From the NCBI GenBank assembly GCA_973895155.1, contig OZ316891.1:25853899-25917898 (forward strand): a stretch of 64,000 nt of DNA, written 5' to 3'. Each line of letters begins with the position of its first letter. Within the stretch, counting starts at the first letter, position 1. The notes under the pieces were generated by a model. It was not told the DNA's origin. It did no database searches and was given only the letters and a program-made list of their open reading frames with translations. This DNA comes from Marsupella aquatica (Eukaryota; Plantae; Marchantiophyta). Both the position numbers and the translations under genes were made by a program. Positions 1-13,171 of this stretch are shown here, piece after piece.

Positions 1-8
1 CTCCAATG

Positions 9-190
9 GGGCGTCTCAAAGCTTCATAATTAAGGACAATGGCTTTTATCCATAAACAAATGGCCATAGATTATTCACATGGTTGTGTAAAAGTTTTTTT
101 GTCTTTTTCACTAGCCTCTGTAGTGACTTGTAGTCATGGCTTATGACCACCTCTTTAGGGCAAAAAGTTATCTACCATGAATTTGGTGGT
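9..190 (+). repeat. Inverted-repeat copy A (reverse complement of about 17315-17493)
   Basis: gggcgtctcaaagcttcataatt...acaaatggccatagatt.ttcaca.ggtt.tgt matches the reverse complement of the 17.3-17.5 kb region. Inner boundaries are approximate. Confidence 0.75.
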
Positions 191-3100
191 CCAGAACTTG
201 ATCCATAACTTTTGCTGTCTGTAACCCTAACTACTGAGGTAAGGTCCATCAAATTTTGGGGTTTGAGACCCCTAATGAACAAAGATAGAGGACTGTATCA
301 GTAACTCTTGTATCTTGGGATCCATTTAGAGCATCTCCAAAGGTTACCCCGTCTTTTGGTCAGTGGCCTGGGTCCCTTGCTCACTGGAAAAGTCAATTAA
401 CCAGGGTGACAAAAACCCTATTTTAGTGTGAAACTTAGCTCTAAAGGTTATTGGGTCTGTGAGGAGTAAATACCCAATCCCACAATACCATTTCTTTAGT
501 GAATCTTAGCCCCAGCCAGCTTGATACCAAAGTACCACTTTAATTTATGATAGGACTCTTTCCCTACAGTAGATTTAAGGGTAATTGTCAGACGCTGCCT
601 AACTGGGTCTATATATCTAGGTGGGCAACTGGCTAAGGGAAGACAAAAGACCAAGCACAATTTTGCCAAAAGTGACTAAGACTCTTTTCAAGGAGGCTGA
701 ATCTAGCAAAACTCTGCCAGTGCATAATAACACTGACCCCAACCCTTACTGGGACTGTTTTCTCCATTCTAGAAAAATCAGTTTCAAACCACCATAGATT
801 ACAATCCTGAAAACTTAACAACAAACCTAGGAGAACAGGTCAAAATTGTCTCTTGTCTCCCAATACAGTTCAATGCCCAGTGCTTGATAATTCACTCCAT
901 TGAGGAGATTATAATCTTGGAACCCAACATGATAGAAAATCAAAATTGTATTCTTTCTCCCAAATATACATCCAATAACCAAAACCCCAGTAATAAAAAT
1001 CCAATAGCATTAGAGTCCAATAGGGCATGTCAAAGCAGAGCTGTAACTAAGTTACGGTTCAGGACATAAAACGTTCTTATGGCCAGGACAGATTTGCTAT
1101 GGGTTACCAAAATACTTACCCCATAAGGGTGGTACGTCCAGAAAATAAAAGTCATAACACTTTGGTTACAGGAGTACTTTGACACACCCTAATGGGTTGT
1201 GCATATGACTACATTTGAATGGTCTGGTTATGTAAGTCCCAGATACAGTAATGCTTTCTAAGGATCAGGTTTGCGCACACACGTTTTTGATCGGATACTC
1301 AGCTACTGGTGGCCAAACGTTAGGTCTTTTTGTAAAGTCTCCTACTGTAGGTTTTCAGGCAAGTTTTACAAAATTTACGACAAAAAGTATCATATGCTGA
1401 AAGTACCTTGACTAGATACGAATGATGCAACTTTCCTGTCCCCACAATAAAAAGCAGCACCAACCAAATTCAAAAATAAAAATTTGCAAAAGTTGTTTGT
1501 AACCAAAATTGCACCAACAACCTTTTCTTAACTTTTTAAAGCTGCACCACTCATGCAACACCAACCGACTTCATGTACAGGTCACTCTTGTTCCAATGCA
1601 TATTTCAAGAATTTCCTAAGCATTTTGATGTAATCTCTGATTATCTATGTAAATACTGGTGTTTCCAGAAATGATGGACTTCCCCAAAAAAACATTGTGA
1701 GTTGTGCTGGAGTTTCACAAGCCTAATATTCTCCCCACGGTAGTGAATCAGTCAGTCTTGTAGACCGGGATTCATGTAGTGTCGCCATCAAAACCTGCTA
1801 AATATGCACATCGCCTCCAATTCATTAGCCTCGATCTGTCCCATTCACTTCTCCACCTTGGTCATCTCTCACTAAGTGCACACTCTCAAGGGTATCCTCC
1901 ACCCTTGCACTTATCTTTCTCTTTCAAAAGATAATTAAGGCGTCCTTAAGTCAAAGGGAATTCAAAATCCACAATGGCACACTGAAACCAGTGGCCTAGA
2001 GAAAGCAATTTCAAGTGGCGAGAGAAATGATAGCCAAATGCTGCACCTAGCCACAACAGAAACAAGTGGGAACCCTGGTTCCCAAGTAAGGGACTTGGCT
2101 GGGAATGCATCAAGGCCAGCCACATAGGGAAGGACATGATATGAATCCAGTAAAAGGGGGTGTAATCCTCCCAGCTAGGCTAAGAAAGATCTACATCTAG
2201 GGAAGCTATGCCTCCAACTCGCGCTCCCACTGTATCTCTTCTTTACTACTATACCATAATTACATTGGTTGGTAGCAGTGTGTCTTGTGCTAGTTTTCTG
2301 CTCAGTGGTCGAGCAAATGCAAATCTAGCTCATGGCTCAGTCTCAACTATCTACAATTGAGTAGATTTAATCAGCATCCAATCAATCAATGTTGATGGGA
2401 TTGCCTTCCCTTGTTTTGTCGCGGAGACTTATGTTCCTTGGAAGTGGAGACTTATGTTAAGAATTATTATCATTTTGTTTATGCTACTTCTGCCACCTTA
2501 GGTCCTCTTGCATATTGCTCAGCCAAAGTCTGATACAATTTATCTGTAATAGGTAGAATTAATTTTGCATCACTGAACTAGCTTAAGCCTCTAGTTCTTC
2601 CTGGGAGTCCTTCCAAGCTTCTGGAAGGCTGCAGAGTAGCATGGACTTCCACATCAACCCCATGGAGAAACATTTCTAGTGGAACCTAGTCCCACTAGCA
2701 TCACATGTGCAGGGACACTTGTGTTCTTGTTTCTCAAACTCTTTTAAACTTATCCTGCCCGCAAAATCTCAATATGTGCAAGATTTTCTGAAAACTGGGT
2801 TTTACTAGCAATTGCCAATTACTTGGCAAGTATCACAACTTTACATTTTTCATATTAATTACTAGAACGCTGGTTTTTTCATGGGTTGTGAACATATCCA
2901 AGGTTCACCTCAGAAGATCCTACGGCCCTGAGACCACCACCTTGGAGAATCTGACAGTTCCCCATCACCGTCAGAGTATTTCAAATCAACTAGGTCTCCA
3001 CTGATATGGCCCGGGTGGACTGCCATGAGGGCAAAGGAGGACACTCTGGAAAGTAATAAGGATATGAGAGTGCCAGGTGTGGATCCCCCATGGTTGGCGT

Positions 3101-3669
3101 AACCCTACCCAGTGACCAGTATAGGGGTGTGCAAAGCTGACCCAAGGGCCATGGAAACCCCTGGATTGTTTAGTGTGACAATCTCATGGGCATTAGACAT
3201 CTTAGTTGTGGCTAACAAGGGTTAAGCCACTCGTTAAACCACTTATCCGGGTGCTTAACTTGTCAAAAAGTGGCACTCTAGTAAATCATTTGAAACAGGA
3301 GACTAGTCATATAAATGCAAGAAATTGAGTATAAATTTAACAATAAGTACTCAGTCATTTTAAAAATGGAAACTTATTGGAACTACTCTATTTCTTGCAT
3401 TTATCAAGAAATTTCAACCATCAAGCAAGCCAAGGTTTGAAATGAAGAGGTCATGTCTTCCCAAATTTGTAGGTCTTCTCTCAATAATTGCAACTATAAC
3501 ACGCAAATTGAAAAGATGTTGCCCTTATCAGTAATGCATTTTTTTTAGGGGAAATTGCTTTTACTAGTATAATTATGCCATTTTAAGTGAAATCACTCAC
3601 CCTGAAATTGCACTTATTGAATTTGTTATGGAGGTTTCAGACTCTTATTAGAATGCACTAAATCAAATT

Positions 3670-3900
3670 AATGAGGGCAGGCGCAATTCTGGGAATACAT
3701 TTGTGTAATAGCAAAATTCCTTGCACTGATCGTTGGATTGCATAAGAAGATTGTACTTAGCAAGGTTAGGACTAATGGTCGATGATTGTTCTCTTGCTGT
3801 TGGGAAACCAAATTACCAAGAAATAAAACGCTCGACCAAAACTCTCCATGGATATCATGGAAGAAGTCATATATGTGCTGCAGCATCAGACATGCCACTA
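3670..3900 (+). pseudogene. possible degenerate hAT transposase C-terminal dimerisation-domain remnant
   Basis: Manual translation QFWEYICVIAKFLALIVGLHKKIVLSKVRTNGR*LFSCCWETKLPRNK loosely resembles the hAT pattern FW...LA..L...S...ER.FS......RN.L. Highly degenerate. Confidence 0.25.
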
Positions 3901-4738
3901 TACATTCTACAATTAGTCACAGCTCCTAGAGACCCCAAAGAGAGTTGACAATTGGTTTCAAGTAAGTCCAATGGAGGAACAAACTTCATTACTTTTGGGT
4001 CAATATTACAGGAGTCTATGGTAAACTAAGATGCCAATTAAGATGAACTCTCTAGGAATCCAAATAGTTAGGGATAAGGGAGTGATGGATGAAGTCTTTG
4101 TTGCAAAAACATGAATCTGAACTTTGTCTCAGTAGAAAGAAAAGTAAATTTTAATCTGTGGGAAATGACAAGAGAAGCATAGCATAGATTACAGAAAGAG
4201 GGGTACTTAAGCTTGAGGTTGGTCAAGCAGAAAGAAGCGAGAGATCAAAAGCAAATATACCACGACATAACAACCCAACAACTGCACATGTTCTTTAGTT
4301 GGCAAATGGATCACAAACCGGTAGAGTACAACTAGACATACATTCATTATTCTCTAGTTGGATAGTTGTGTGCAAAGTGTGGACTACAAAAGTCAAAATT
4401 AAGCCATGGAACACACCAAAAAGGTCGCATAGGTTTCAAACTTGAGCCAAATTTAAATGTCCACTATGACGGATCAACATGTTAACTGTCAGAAAGCAAT
4501 CAAGAGAAACATAGACAGTATCATGGAGAGTTCATTAATTGTGTACCTGGTATGCCATTGATTGAAGAAGACAAGTGTGGCCCGATGAGGTGGAACAGAG
4601 TGAGCCCGCCACAGGCCCTAACAACAGGGCAAGCGGGGGGCAAAGGGCAGCGAACAGGAAGGGAAAGACATGCAAGCGTTTCAAAATCCACGACCGAAGC
4701 AACCACAAATAGCAGCACTACTGCAACACACTAACTCA

Positions 4739-7700
4739 AGGCATAATGGCCAGTGCAACCAGCTCTAGCCTGCCCAGGTGATTGAAGATGGCCTGTGGGT
4801 TTGGTTCAATCAGTAAAGCATGCAAAGCACATGCATGTGTTCAGTTTGCCTTGGCCAGGGCAAAAGAAGAACCACCGACATATTTTACAGAAGTGAAATG
4901 ACTGAAAAAGCCCTTGCCAGCAACAACACTTCCAACTATTACACAACTTCTAGTGGTCTTTGTATGCAAACACAAATTATCTCCCCTCCCTCCTATAGAG
5001 ATACAGAGTCTACTCTAGATGCTGATCCCTTTTCATCCCGTCCTTGACCCTGTCAACATCTTTGTCCAATCCAGTCAAGTACTGGCGCAGCTTGGACGCA
5101 ACCATTGCAAGATGACAACGTCGATGAGGCTCCAATTTTCAATCCCAATGTATTTCTCACAAAGCTACCAAAGCACAAGTACTGTCTCCACAGATTGCAA
5201 AGCATTGGCCGTAAATAATCTCTCCACGGTGCAGAGTACAAGTTGAGGAGAAGGAACGTAGTAACCATATTGTAAACATACTGCTGAAGGCGATTTCATT
5301 TTCCAGTTATTTGTGATTGGATGACCAAGATTTAAGGATTCAATGGCCACCCCAGTATGTCGATAGCGGAGGAAGCAGATGCAGAGGTTGGAGCAAGGAA
5401 ACTAGTGGCAAACACTGAAAAAAACACTCCATAGTCCAATGGTTTGCATTGTAAGAAAATCTGTCAAATCAATTACAGCACAAAGAAGGAAGCAAATATA
5501 AATTTGTTTTTCTAGAGAAATTGTTAATTGTGGTGTCTAGCAGTGAATGCACAAACCTGTAAGAGATTTGTGTAGCAAATGGCAAACGAAGGAACTATGC
5601 GTTTATAAAGAATGATTGCAAACAAAGTAACACAACAGGAGATGCTAGATTGATTGCAATTAATGGAGGGTAGTAGCAAATTGATGAGCAAATCAGTCAA
5701 TTTCTCATTCAGCAAAGATATGTCAGCTTAGCATAGATGCACAATCGGTAGGGCAAATTAAATGATCTTGTCTGAAGAAATCACAAATGTATGGCAAAGC
5801 CACTCTTGTAAAACTATGGTGTGTGGTTTCTTCCTAGAAGTGCATAGGGTGAAGGGAGCATTGTTTTCGCGACAACAGTAGCAACCAACGCATCGATCCA
5901 CATCTCCGAGCAAGGTCCTCGCCTCCCTGCAAATCCTAATTCCTGCTTCCCTTCCACATTGGGACCTGCCCAGAACTCTAAAAAATCCATAGTCTCCCAC
6001 ACTCCATACAAACCCCGTAAAAACAAATGTGTGCAAATTTGCAGAGGGGCGAATATAATAAAAGAAAGATATTGCACAATGGGACAGTCATGGTCTTGTA
6101 AATTAAAAGATATGTCAGTAGATTTTAGTCTATCAGCATAAATTGTTTTCATGTTGATGATCACAAAGGAAAGATATGATCCAACTGCAATGTATCTTCT
6201 CATGAAGGCCCTCGTGGGAGTATGCAGGCTGTCTAGACTCTCATTTCTTTATAATTGGCTATCCAGAAACTAATACAGGCCAGAAAATGAATACTCCCCT
6301 CCCACCTTCTATGCCTGTCAAACTAGCTGAGGTCACAAAGGGTAGAAATTTAACCATAATTCAAATGTCCATTGTGACATCCACACCCAAACCAGTACAC
6401 CTGACTTGCTACTCCATGGAGTGGACACAAGGCATAGTGGCCAGCGCAGCCAGTCCTAGCCCATTCCTTAGTAATTGAAGACAATCCATGGTGTCCCTTC
6501 ATCAAGTTAAGTGTGCAAATCACATGTGTACAGAACTTTGCCTTGGCCATGCCAATTCCATAGGAGTGACAAGGCCAGATAAATCCAGCACTGACAACAG
6601 CAACAATTCATATACGGCATCCACAAAATCAGTGTAAAGTAGGAGTGACAAGGCCAGATAAACCCAGCTAGCACTGACAACAGCAACAATTGACACATGG
6701 CATCCACAAACTCAGTGGAAAGTAGGAGTGACAAGGCCAGATAAACCCAGCTAGCATTGACAACAACAACAATTGATACACGGCGTCCACAAAATCAGTG
6801 GAAAGTACCATGATTGCATGGAGAACACGAGGTGCTGCAGAGCAAAAGTTTTAGAGAAGGAAATCAATACTTAGATGTACCTACTGTAAACTGTTCGGGA
6901 AAATTGCTTAAATCTATGAATTTGTAGTTTTATGACCAAAAAGTCTGTACTCAATGGTCAGATGTATTGTAAAGAAAGTGGGCACTCAAAGATTGGAGAG
7001 ATGAGATCAGCCCGGGGATCAGCCCCTAGTAGATAGCCAAAGTAAGTATTTCGCATTGTGTGAACATGGTTGTGAGATTGACATGTCACATGAAACACTG
7101 CAAAGAAGGTATCAGCCATAAATCAATCATTCAAAGGAAGTCAACTGTAGATTATAATGTCCAGCAGCAAATGTACAATCAAGAAAGAGATTATCAAGTG
7201 CAGCAGTGAACAACAAAATTTTAATGAAGAAATAAGTGCACTCCAAATGATCTATGCAAATAAAGTAACAAAGTATTAATAGTGGGACATCAAAGATGCT
7301 AGATTGATTTATTCAATGATTGCAATTGAAGTGAGGGACTAATCAAATTAAGCAATCAAATCAATCAATTTCTCAGTTGAGCAAGCTGACGCATGGCCAG
7401 TAGATTGAACAAAATCAATCTTGGGCAGCTTGTTTCAGAATTTGAAGAAATCACAAAGGTTTTGCGAAGCACTCTTGTAAAACTATGGTGTGCATGGTTA
7501 CTTCCTAGAAATGCTTTGGGCAGCGTGGTTTTCATGCCAGCAACAGCAACCAAAGAATATCCACATCTCCGTGCCCCCTAATTTGAACCCTGTCTGCAAT
7601 TGTAATTCCAAACCTTGCCCTACTTCCCTTCCACATTGTGACATGTCCAAAACACTATAAACCCTCAAAGTCTATAAACCCTGCGCATATAAATGTTTTG

Positions 7701-7810
7701 ACATTATCCGGGGGCTGAGAAGGGGTGGATATTAATCGAGGAACAAGACATATCACAATGTGATGGGACATTTGTGATTTGTGAAAGATCTGTCACTAGG
7801 TTCATCAGCA
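4739..7810. repeat. degenerate direct duplication, period about 1.7 kb
   Basis: 4739-4858 matches 6430-6549 (ggcata.tggccag...tttgccttggcca). About 5640-6130 matches about 7290-7810 (tgaagaaatcacaaa...cactcttgtaaaactatggtgtg...tccacatctccg). Confidence 0.65.
6562..6806. repeat. tandem repeat, about 80-bp unit x3
   Basis: aggagtgacaaggccagataaa.ccagc...gacaac.gcaacaatt...ggc.tccacaaa.tcagtg.aaagt starting at 6562, 6641 and 6724. Confidence 0.9.
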
Positions 7811-9243
7811 GTGTTACTAGCATCAGTGATTAAAGAGCATTCAATCTACTCGTCAAGGACCATGTGTAACTATGGGCTGTTTAAAGTCTATTTGGGGTTA
7901 GTTTTGTTAGTGCCAAGTTGGCCTATCTCAGTGAAGTACAAAGGTATGGCTTCTTACTTACTCAAAGTTCTGCTACCATACCCTAAATTGAGGCCAGGGA
8001 ATCATACGTAAAGATTCATTGGAAATACTTAGAGTATTTGCTAGGAAACCACTTGAGGAATGGATATAGGCACATGATGGGCAAATGGTGGTTCAGAAAT
8101 TCTGTGAAGATCCTACAGTTGAGAATATTTCAGTTTCAATAGGGCAGATGTAACTAGTATGTGGGTCCACTACAAATTTTTTTACACATTGGTAATATTG
8201 TATTTGTTTGTTTTACTAGCTCTCTTTCCTGGTCTTTCCTAGTCATCAAGTTTGCCAAAACTCTATGATGTGCACAAATACACTTCCAAGAATTTGGAAG
8301 GACCTTTTAGCGTGGTACATAATATTGTCATCCTTTGTTTGTCTCCACCTTTCTCAAGTTCTTTTCACCTCTCTGTGTAATTCACATTGCAACTCCTCAC
8401 TATAGCTATCACCTCGCTTGTTCGAGTGACAAATTATTCATGACAAGGGTGAGCAACAAACTATCTTGGAGGCAAGGAGCTAGGCAATCACCTGCACTTC
8501 ATTGTCTCGCAACATTTTTGTGCAATGGATAATCACGCATTGGACTTGTCTATAAAATTATGAGATGTTTTATAAAAGTATTTGAAGTTTGCATAATAAA
8601 AGTTGACATCACTAGCAAACAAATTCATAAACTCAAAAACTATTCATAGCATTGGTTTTTTAATTGTTTTATGGGGAGACAAGTATACTTTTTGTTTGGA
8701 AAATGTACTTTATTCATCATGATTTGTCTAGTAATGACAAAAACAAAATTCTCATCAATTTTAATGGCTGGCAAATGGAAACAAAGAAAAAAACCATAAG
8801 TGTAGAATCATAATGATCATGTTGGGAAGAGAGTAACTTTATATACAGCCACCTTCATGAGAGGAGAAACATACTGATTTCATTTTTGTTTTTTAAATGT
8901 ATGTTTTACTAATCAATAGAAAATCATAGCCTTATTTTTGTAGAGATTTTATAATAATAGAATAATTTAATGTTTTGAGAATAGTTGGCTATTCTTGAAT
9001 GTGTAAGTGAGTTTGAGATTATGCTTATGACTTTTTTGGTGTGCATTCAAGGAATATGTTTGAATGAGGCCTGGAGGGAGCTACACTCAAGTGGCATCCA
9101 AGATTTTTTTAAAGATTTCTCATGGTGACTACCATCAAGGTAAATGTTTATATCAGTGCATATTTTTTATGACTAGAATTTGTGTTTATTTGTTATTTGT
9201 GAAGTGACTTGGTATTCTGTCCATTCTGAGCTCTGATACCAAT

Positions 9244-9635
9244 TGTGGGGAGAAATCAGATCAGGAAATACACTCCAAACATACACGTGCTCAATAGTTA
9301 CGTGGTTCGCCTCAAGGTTGGCTACGTCCACAGGAAGACCAAGCTTTATTAACGGTTATGTGTCTACTCAAGCATCACCATAGCTCCCATCTCTTCAAGC
9401 TCTCATCTCTTCAAGCTCTCATCTCTTCAAGCTCTCATCTCTTGCTGTATCATTGTGTTCTCTTTTGAGAACTCTCTTGTGTGTTCTCTCACCACATAGA
9501 AGTTGAAGAGATAAGGACCAATCTTTTCAACTAGGGTTTATTCTAACCCTAGTTAATATACTAACCCTAGTTAATATACTAACCCTAATTAATATACTAA
9601 TCATAGTTCAACCCAAGACTGAGTTAACCTCTACA
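9244..9635 (-). repeat. 3' LTR (392 bp) of copia element
   Basis: Near-identical to 15366-15689. It is 68 bp longer because of two extra 16-bp units (catctcttcaagctct) and two extra 18-bp units (aaccctagttaatatact). Confidence 0.95.
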
Positions 9636-9828
9636 AACTCCCCCTTGACTCACGTCTTGGGAGGGTTCATAACATTGTCTTTTCCTTACAAGTTCCTCCG
9701 CAGGAAGTTGAAGACAGTAGGGCCAAAAAACCCTCCCCTAATGCAAGGGTTAACTAGAACTAAGCCGTAGCCGATAAGCCATCGGATGGAGTACTCATAT
9801 AGAGACATTTTCTTGGTTAACTCTATAT

Positions 9829-12800
9829 TTACAATATTTGTAAATAATTACAATGCCTTGAAAAACTATTGGAGTCTAACACTTTGGTAAAAGCATCCGC
9901 TGGATTAAGCTTTCCATCAATCTTGACAAGCTCAAACTCATCATCCGATAATGCCTGTCGGATGAAATGATAGCGGACATCAATGTGCTTTACCCTGCCA
10001 TCCATCACTTGATTCTTGGCAGTGTAAATTGCACTTTGACTGTCACAATGAAGATAGATACAATCTTGTGATAAGCCCATCTTCGTGACAAGCTTTTTCA
10101 ACCAAATGGTTTCTGATGCTGCTTCTGCTGCCGCTACATACTCGGCATCCATATTAGACTTTGCAACACACTTTTGGAGAGTAGACTTCCAACTAATGCA
10201 TCCACCAGCAAGTGTAAATACATATCCAGTTGTCGATCTCCTCTTATCCAGATCACCTGCGTAGTCTGCATCCACATAACCTTGAAGCACTTTCATATTG
10301 TTTGAACTTGCATCAAACAATAAACCCTTCTTAGTGGAACCTCTGATGTAGCGCAAAATCCATTTCATTGCTTCCCAATGAACTTTTCCTGGATTTGCGA
10401 TGTATCTGCATCCCTTGCTAACGGCATAAGCTATGTCTGGTCGGGTGCATACCATGAGATACATTAAACTACCCACAACACTTTCATAAGGAACTTTGGA
10501 CATCAAACTTTTTTCTGTCGCATTCGAGGGACAAAATGCTGCAGAAATATTGAAATGCCTTGCCAAAGGAACACTCACAGCCTTAGCATCTGCCATGTTG
10601 AATTTTGAGAGTACCTTCTCTCCATATCTTTTATGCATCAACCAAAGTTTGGCTTTGTTAACATCCCTGACAATCTCCATGCCTAGGATCCTCTTGGCTG
10701 TGCCCAAATCCTTCATCTTAAACTCAGAACTGAGTTGGGCCTTAAGCTTATCAACTTCGCCCCTATCCTGTGTTGCAATGAGCATGTCATCCACATAAAG
10801 TACAAGGATGACAAGCTTAAAACCTGTGTTGTTCACACGCCTGATGTAAACACATGGATCATACACGCTTCGCACAAATCCAAGCGATTTGAAAAATTCA
10901 TCAAAACGCTTGTTCCACTGCCTTGGGCTCTGCTTTAATCCATACAAGGATTTTAGCAACCTGCATACCAAATTTTTCTTGCCCTTTTGCACAAAACCCT
11001 TTGGTTACCTCATGTAAATCACCTCATCCAACGATCCATATAAGAATGTCGTGACAACATCCATTTGATCTAAAACCAGATCAAATAAAACTACAAGAGC
11101 ACATAGCAAACGTATTGTTGAATACTTTGCTACAGGTAAAAAAACCTCATTGTAGTCTATACCTTTATGTTGAGTAAAACCCTTGGCTACCAACCGAGCC
11201 TTAAATATCTTTTCAGCATCCTCCGTGGGTCCATCTTTCTTCCTATACACCCACTTGCTGTCAATAGCCTGCTTGTCACTAGGTAGACTTGTGAGTTCCC
11301 AAGTCTTGTTATCATGAAGTGATTTCATTTCCATGCGCATCGCCATCTGCCACTGTTGCTTCTCCATAGAAGCTAGGACCTCTCGAAATGAGGATGGATC
11401 TCCATCTTCTGTCACCAATGCATCAATAGATTCTTCATCCAAATCCACATGATTAGAAGGAAGCCAAGTTCCATACCTTTCCTGGGCTTGACGTTTACAA
11501 GTTTCTCTTCGCACTAAAGACTCTGGCTGATCTGATTGTAGTGCGTTTTGCCTTATAGTAGTGTCAACATATTCTTCATTTGACACATCCTCTCCCCTTA
11601 AATCCTCTAGAGGAGATTGCTCGTTGTTAGTAGTAGGGAATTGACCTATCTCCCCCTCCTTCAATGATTTGTCTTCATTGAAGGATACATCCCGACTAAC
11701 AAGTAACTTGCAATCAACTGGATCCCACAATCGATATCCTTTAACATCACGCTGATAACCAAGAAAAATGCATTTATGGGCTCTAGGATCTAGCTTAGTC
11801 CTATTGTTGCTAGGAACATGTGCATATGCTTCACAACCGAAAACCTTAAGCTTTGAATAATCAGCAGGTCGATTGTGCCATAGCTCAAAGGGGGTTTTGT
11901 AAGTAATTGCCCGACTAGGAGAGAGATTTACTAGATAAGCAGCTATGTTGACAGCTTCTGCCCAAAAGATTTGTGGCAATTTAGAGTGGCTCAACATGCT
12001 CCTTGCTCGCTCCCACAATGTGCGGTTGAGTTGCTCAGCAACACCATTTTTCTCAGGAGTGTACACAGTTGTGAGATGGTGAGTAATTCCCTTATTTGCA
12101 CAATACGTGTTGAACTTGCCAGAGGTGTATTCACCACCATTATCTAATCGTAGATATCTCACATTCTTTGCAGTCTGTGTCTCAACTTGAGCTACCCATT
12201 GTTTGAAGATGGAAAACACTTCAAACTTATGGGCAATGAAATAAATCCAAACAAACCTTGAGTAATCATCGATAAACGATACATAGTATTATTTGCCTGA
12301 ATGTGAGGAAATCGGAGCAAGACCCCATACATCGGAATGAATATACTCAAGTACAACTTTAGAATGATGAATGGCAGTCGGAAATGGAGTTCTTGTTTTC
12401 TTGCCGACAATGCAATGATCACAAAAACTCAACTTGCATGTTTGCAATCATGATAGGAGATGTCGCTTGTGTAGGATTTCCAAACTTTTTTCACTCATGT
12501 GACCAAACCGAACATGCCATAAATTGATTTTCTCCTCCTAAGATGTGACCAAATTGACTTTGGCAAGAAGGGTGGTGCCTTTCAAGACATAGATGTTTCT
12601 TTTCCTCTTGCCAATAAGAACTTCAATTGATCCATGCGTGACTGTTAACACCCCATCAGTTGCACTCCATTGATAACCCTTCGCATCCAAGTAGCCAAGA
12701 GAAATCAAATTCTTACACATTTCTGGAATGTGTCTGACATTTGATAGAGTACAGTACTTGCCACCGGGTAGTTGAATCTTTACGGATCCAATCCCTAAAA

Positions 12801-12843
12801 CTTTGCAAGAATGATTATTTCCCATCAAAATAGATCCGTTGAT
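9829..12843 (-). pseudogene. pol: copia pol (remainder of protease, integrase, RT, RNase H), broken by stops/frameshifts
   Basis: ORFs 12538-12987 (NVRHIPEMCKNLISLG), 11005-12219 (integrase core, KARLVAKGFTQ) and 9829-10992 (RT/RH). Confidence 0.92.
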
Positions 12844-13171
12844 CTCGGGGGGGTCACTTCCACGGAAGTGACACATCACGTGCGACGAAGTATAGGCCCA
12901 TTTAAATGGGTGTGGCGGAAGACTTCCAAAGTTTGGTGGAAGAACACATAGGGCATGTTTTATTGATTGGTCAACTTTAAAGAACACATAGACCTATTTA
13001 ATTGCAAAAAATACTTTCTATAAAGTTTTTAGGGGTTTTTTAATAAAAAATGACAAAATTTTAAGAAAGAAAGGGCTTTGCAAAAAAATATTTTTCACTT
13101 TAAAGTTAGGGGGGTCAAACCCTAAAACGTCGCACGCGATGTATGACCCTCCATATAGTGACCCCCCCGAG
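12844..13171. mobile_element. MITE (328 bp) nested in copia protease region
   Basis: Perfect 15-bp TIR CTCGGGGGGGTCACT / AGTGACCCCCCCGAG and perfect 8-bp TSD CCGTTGAT (12836-12843 and 13172-13179). Removing it rejoins ...YTPING|SILMGNN... Confidence 0.95.

Noticed and set aside
9540-9600. Telomere-like aaccct repeats
   Set aside because: Part of an 18-bp LTR minisatellite, not a TTTAGGG array.
13018-13171. Apparent C-terminal extension of gag ORF
   Set aside because: It is read-through into the inserted MITE.
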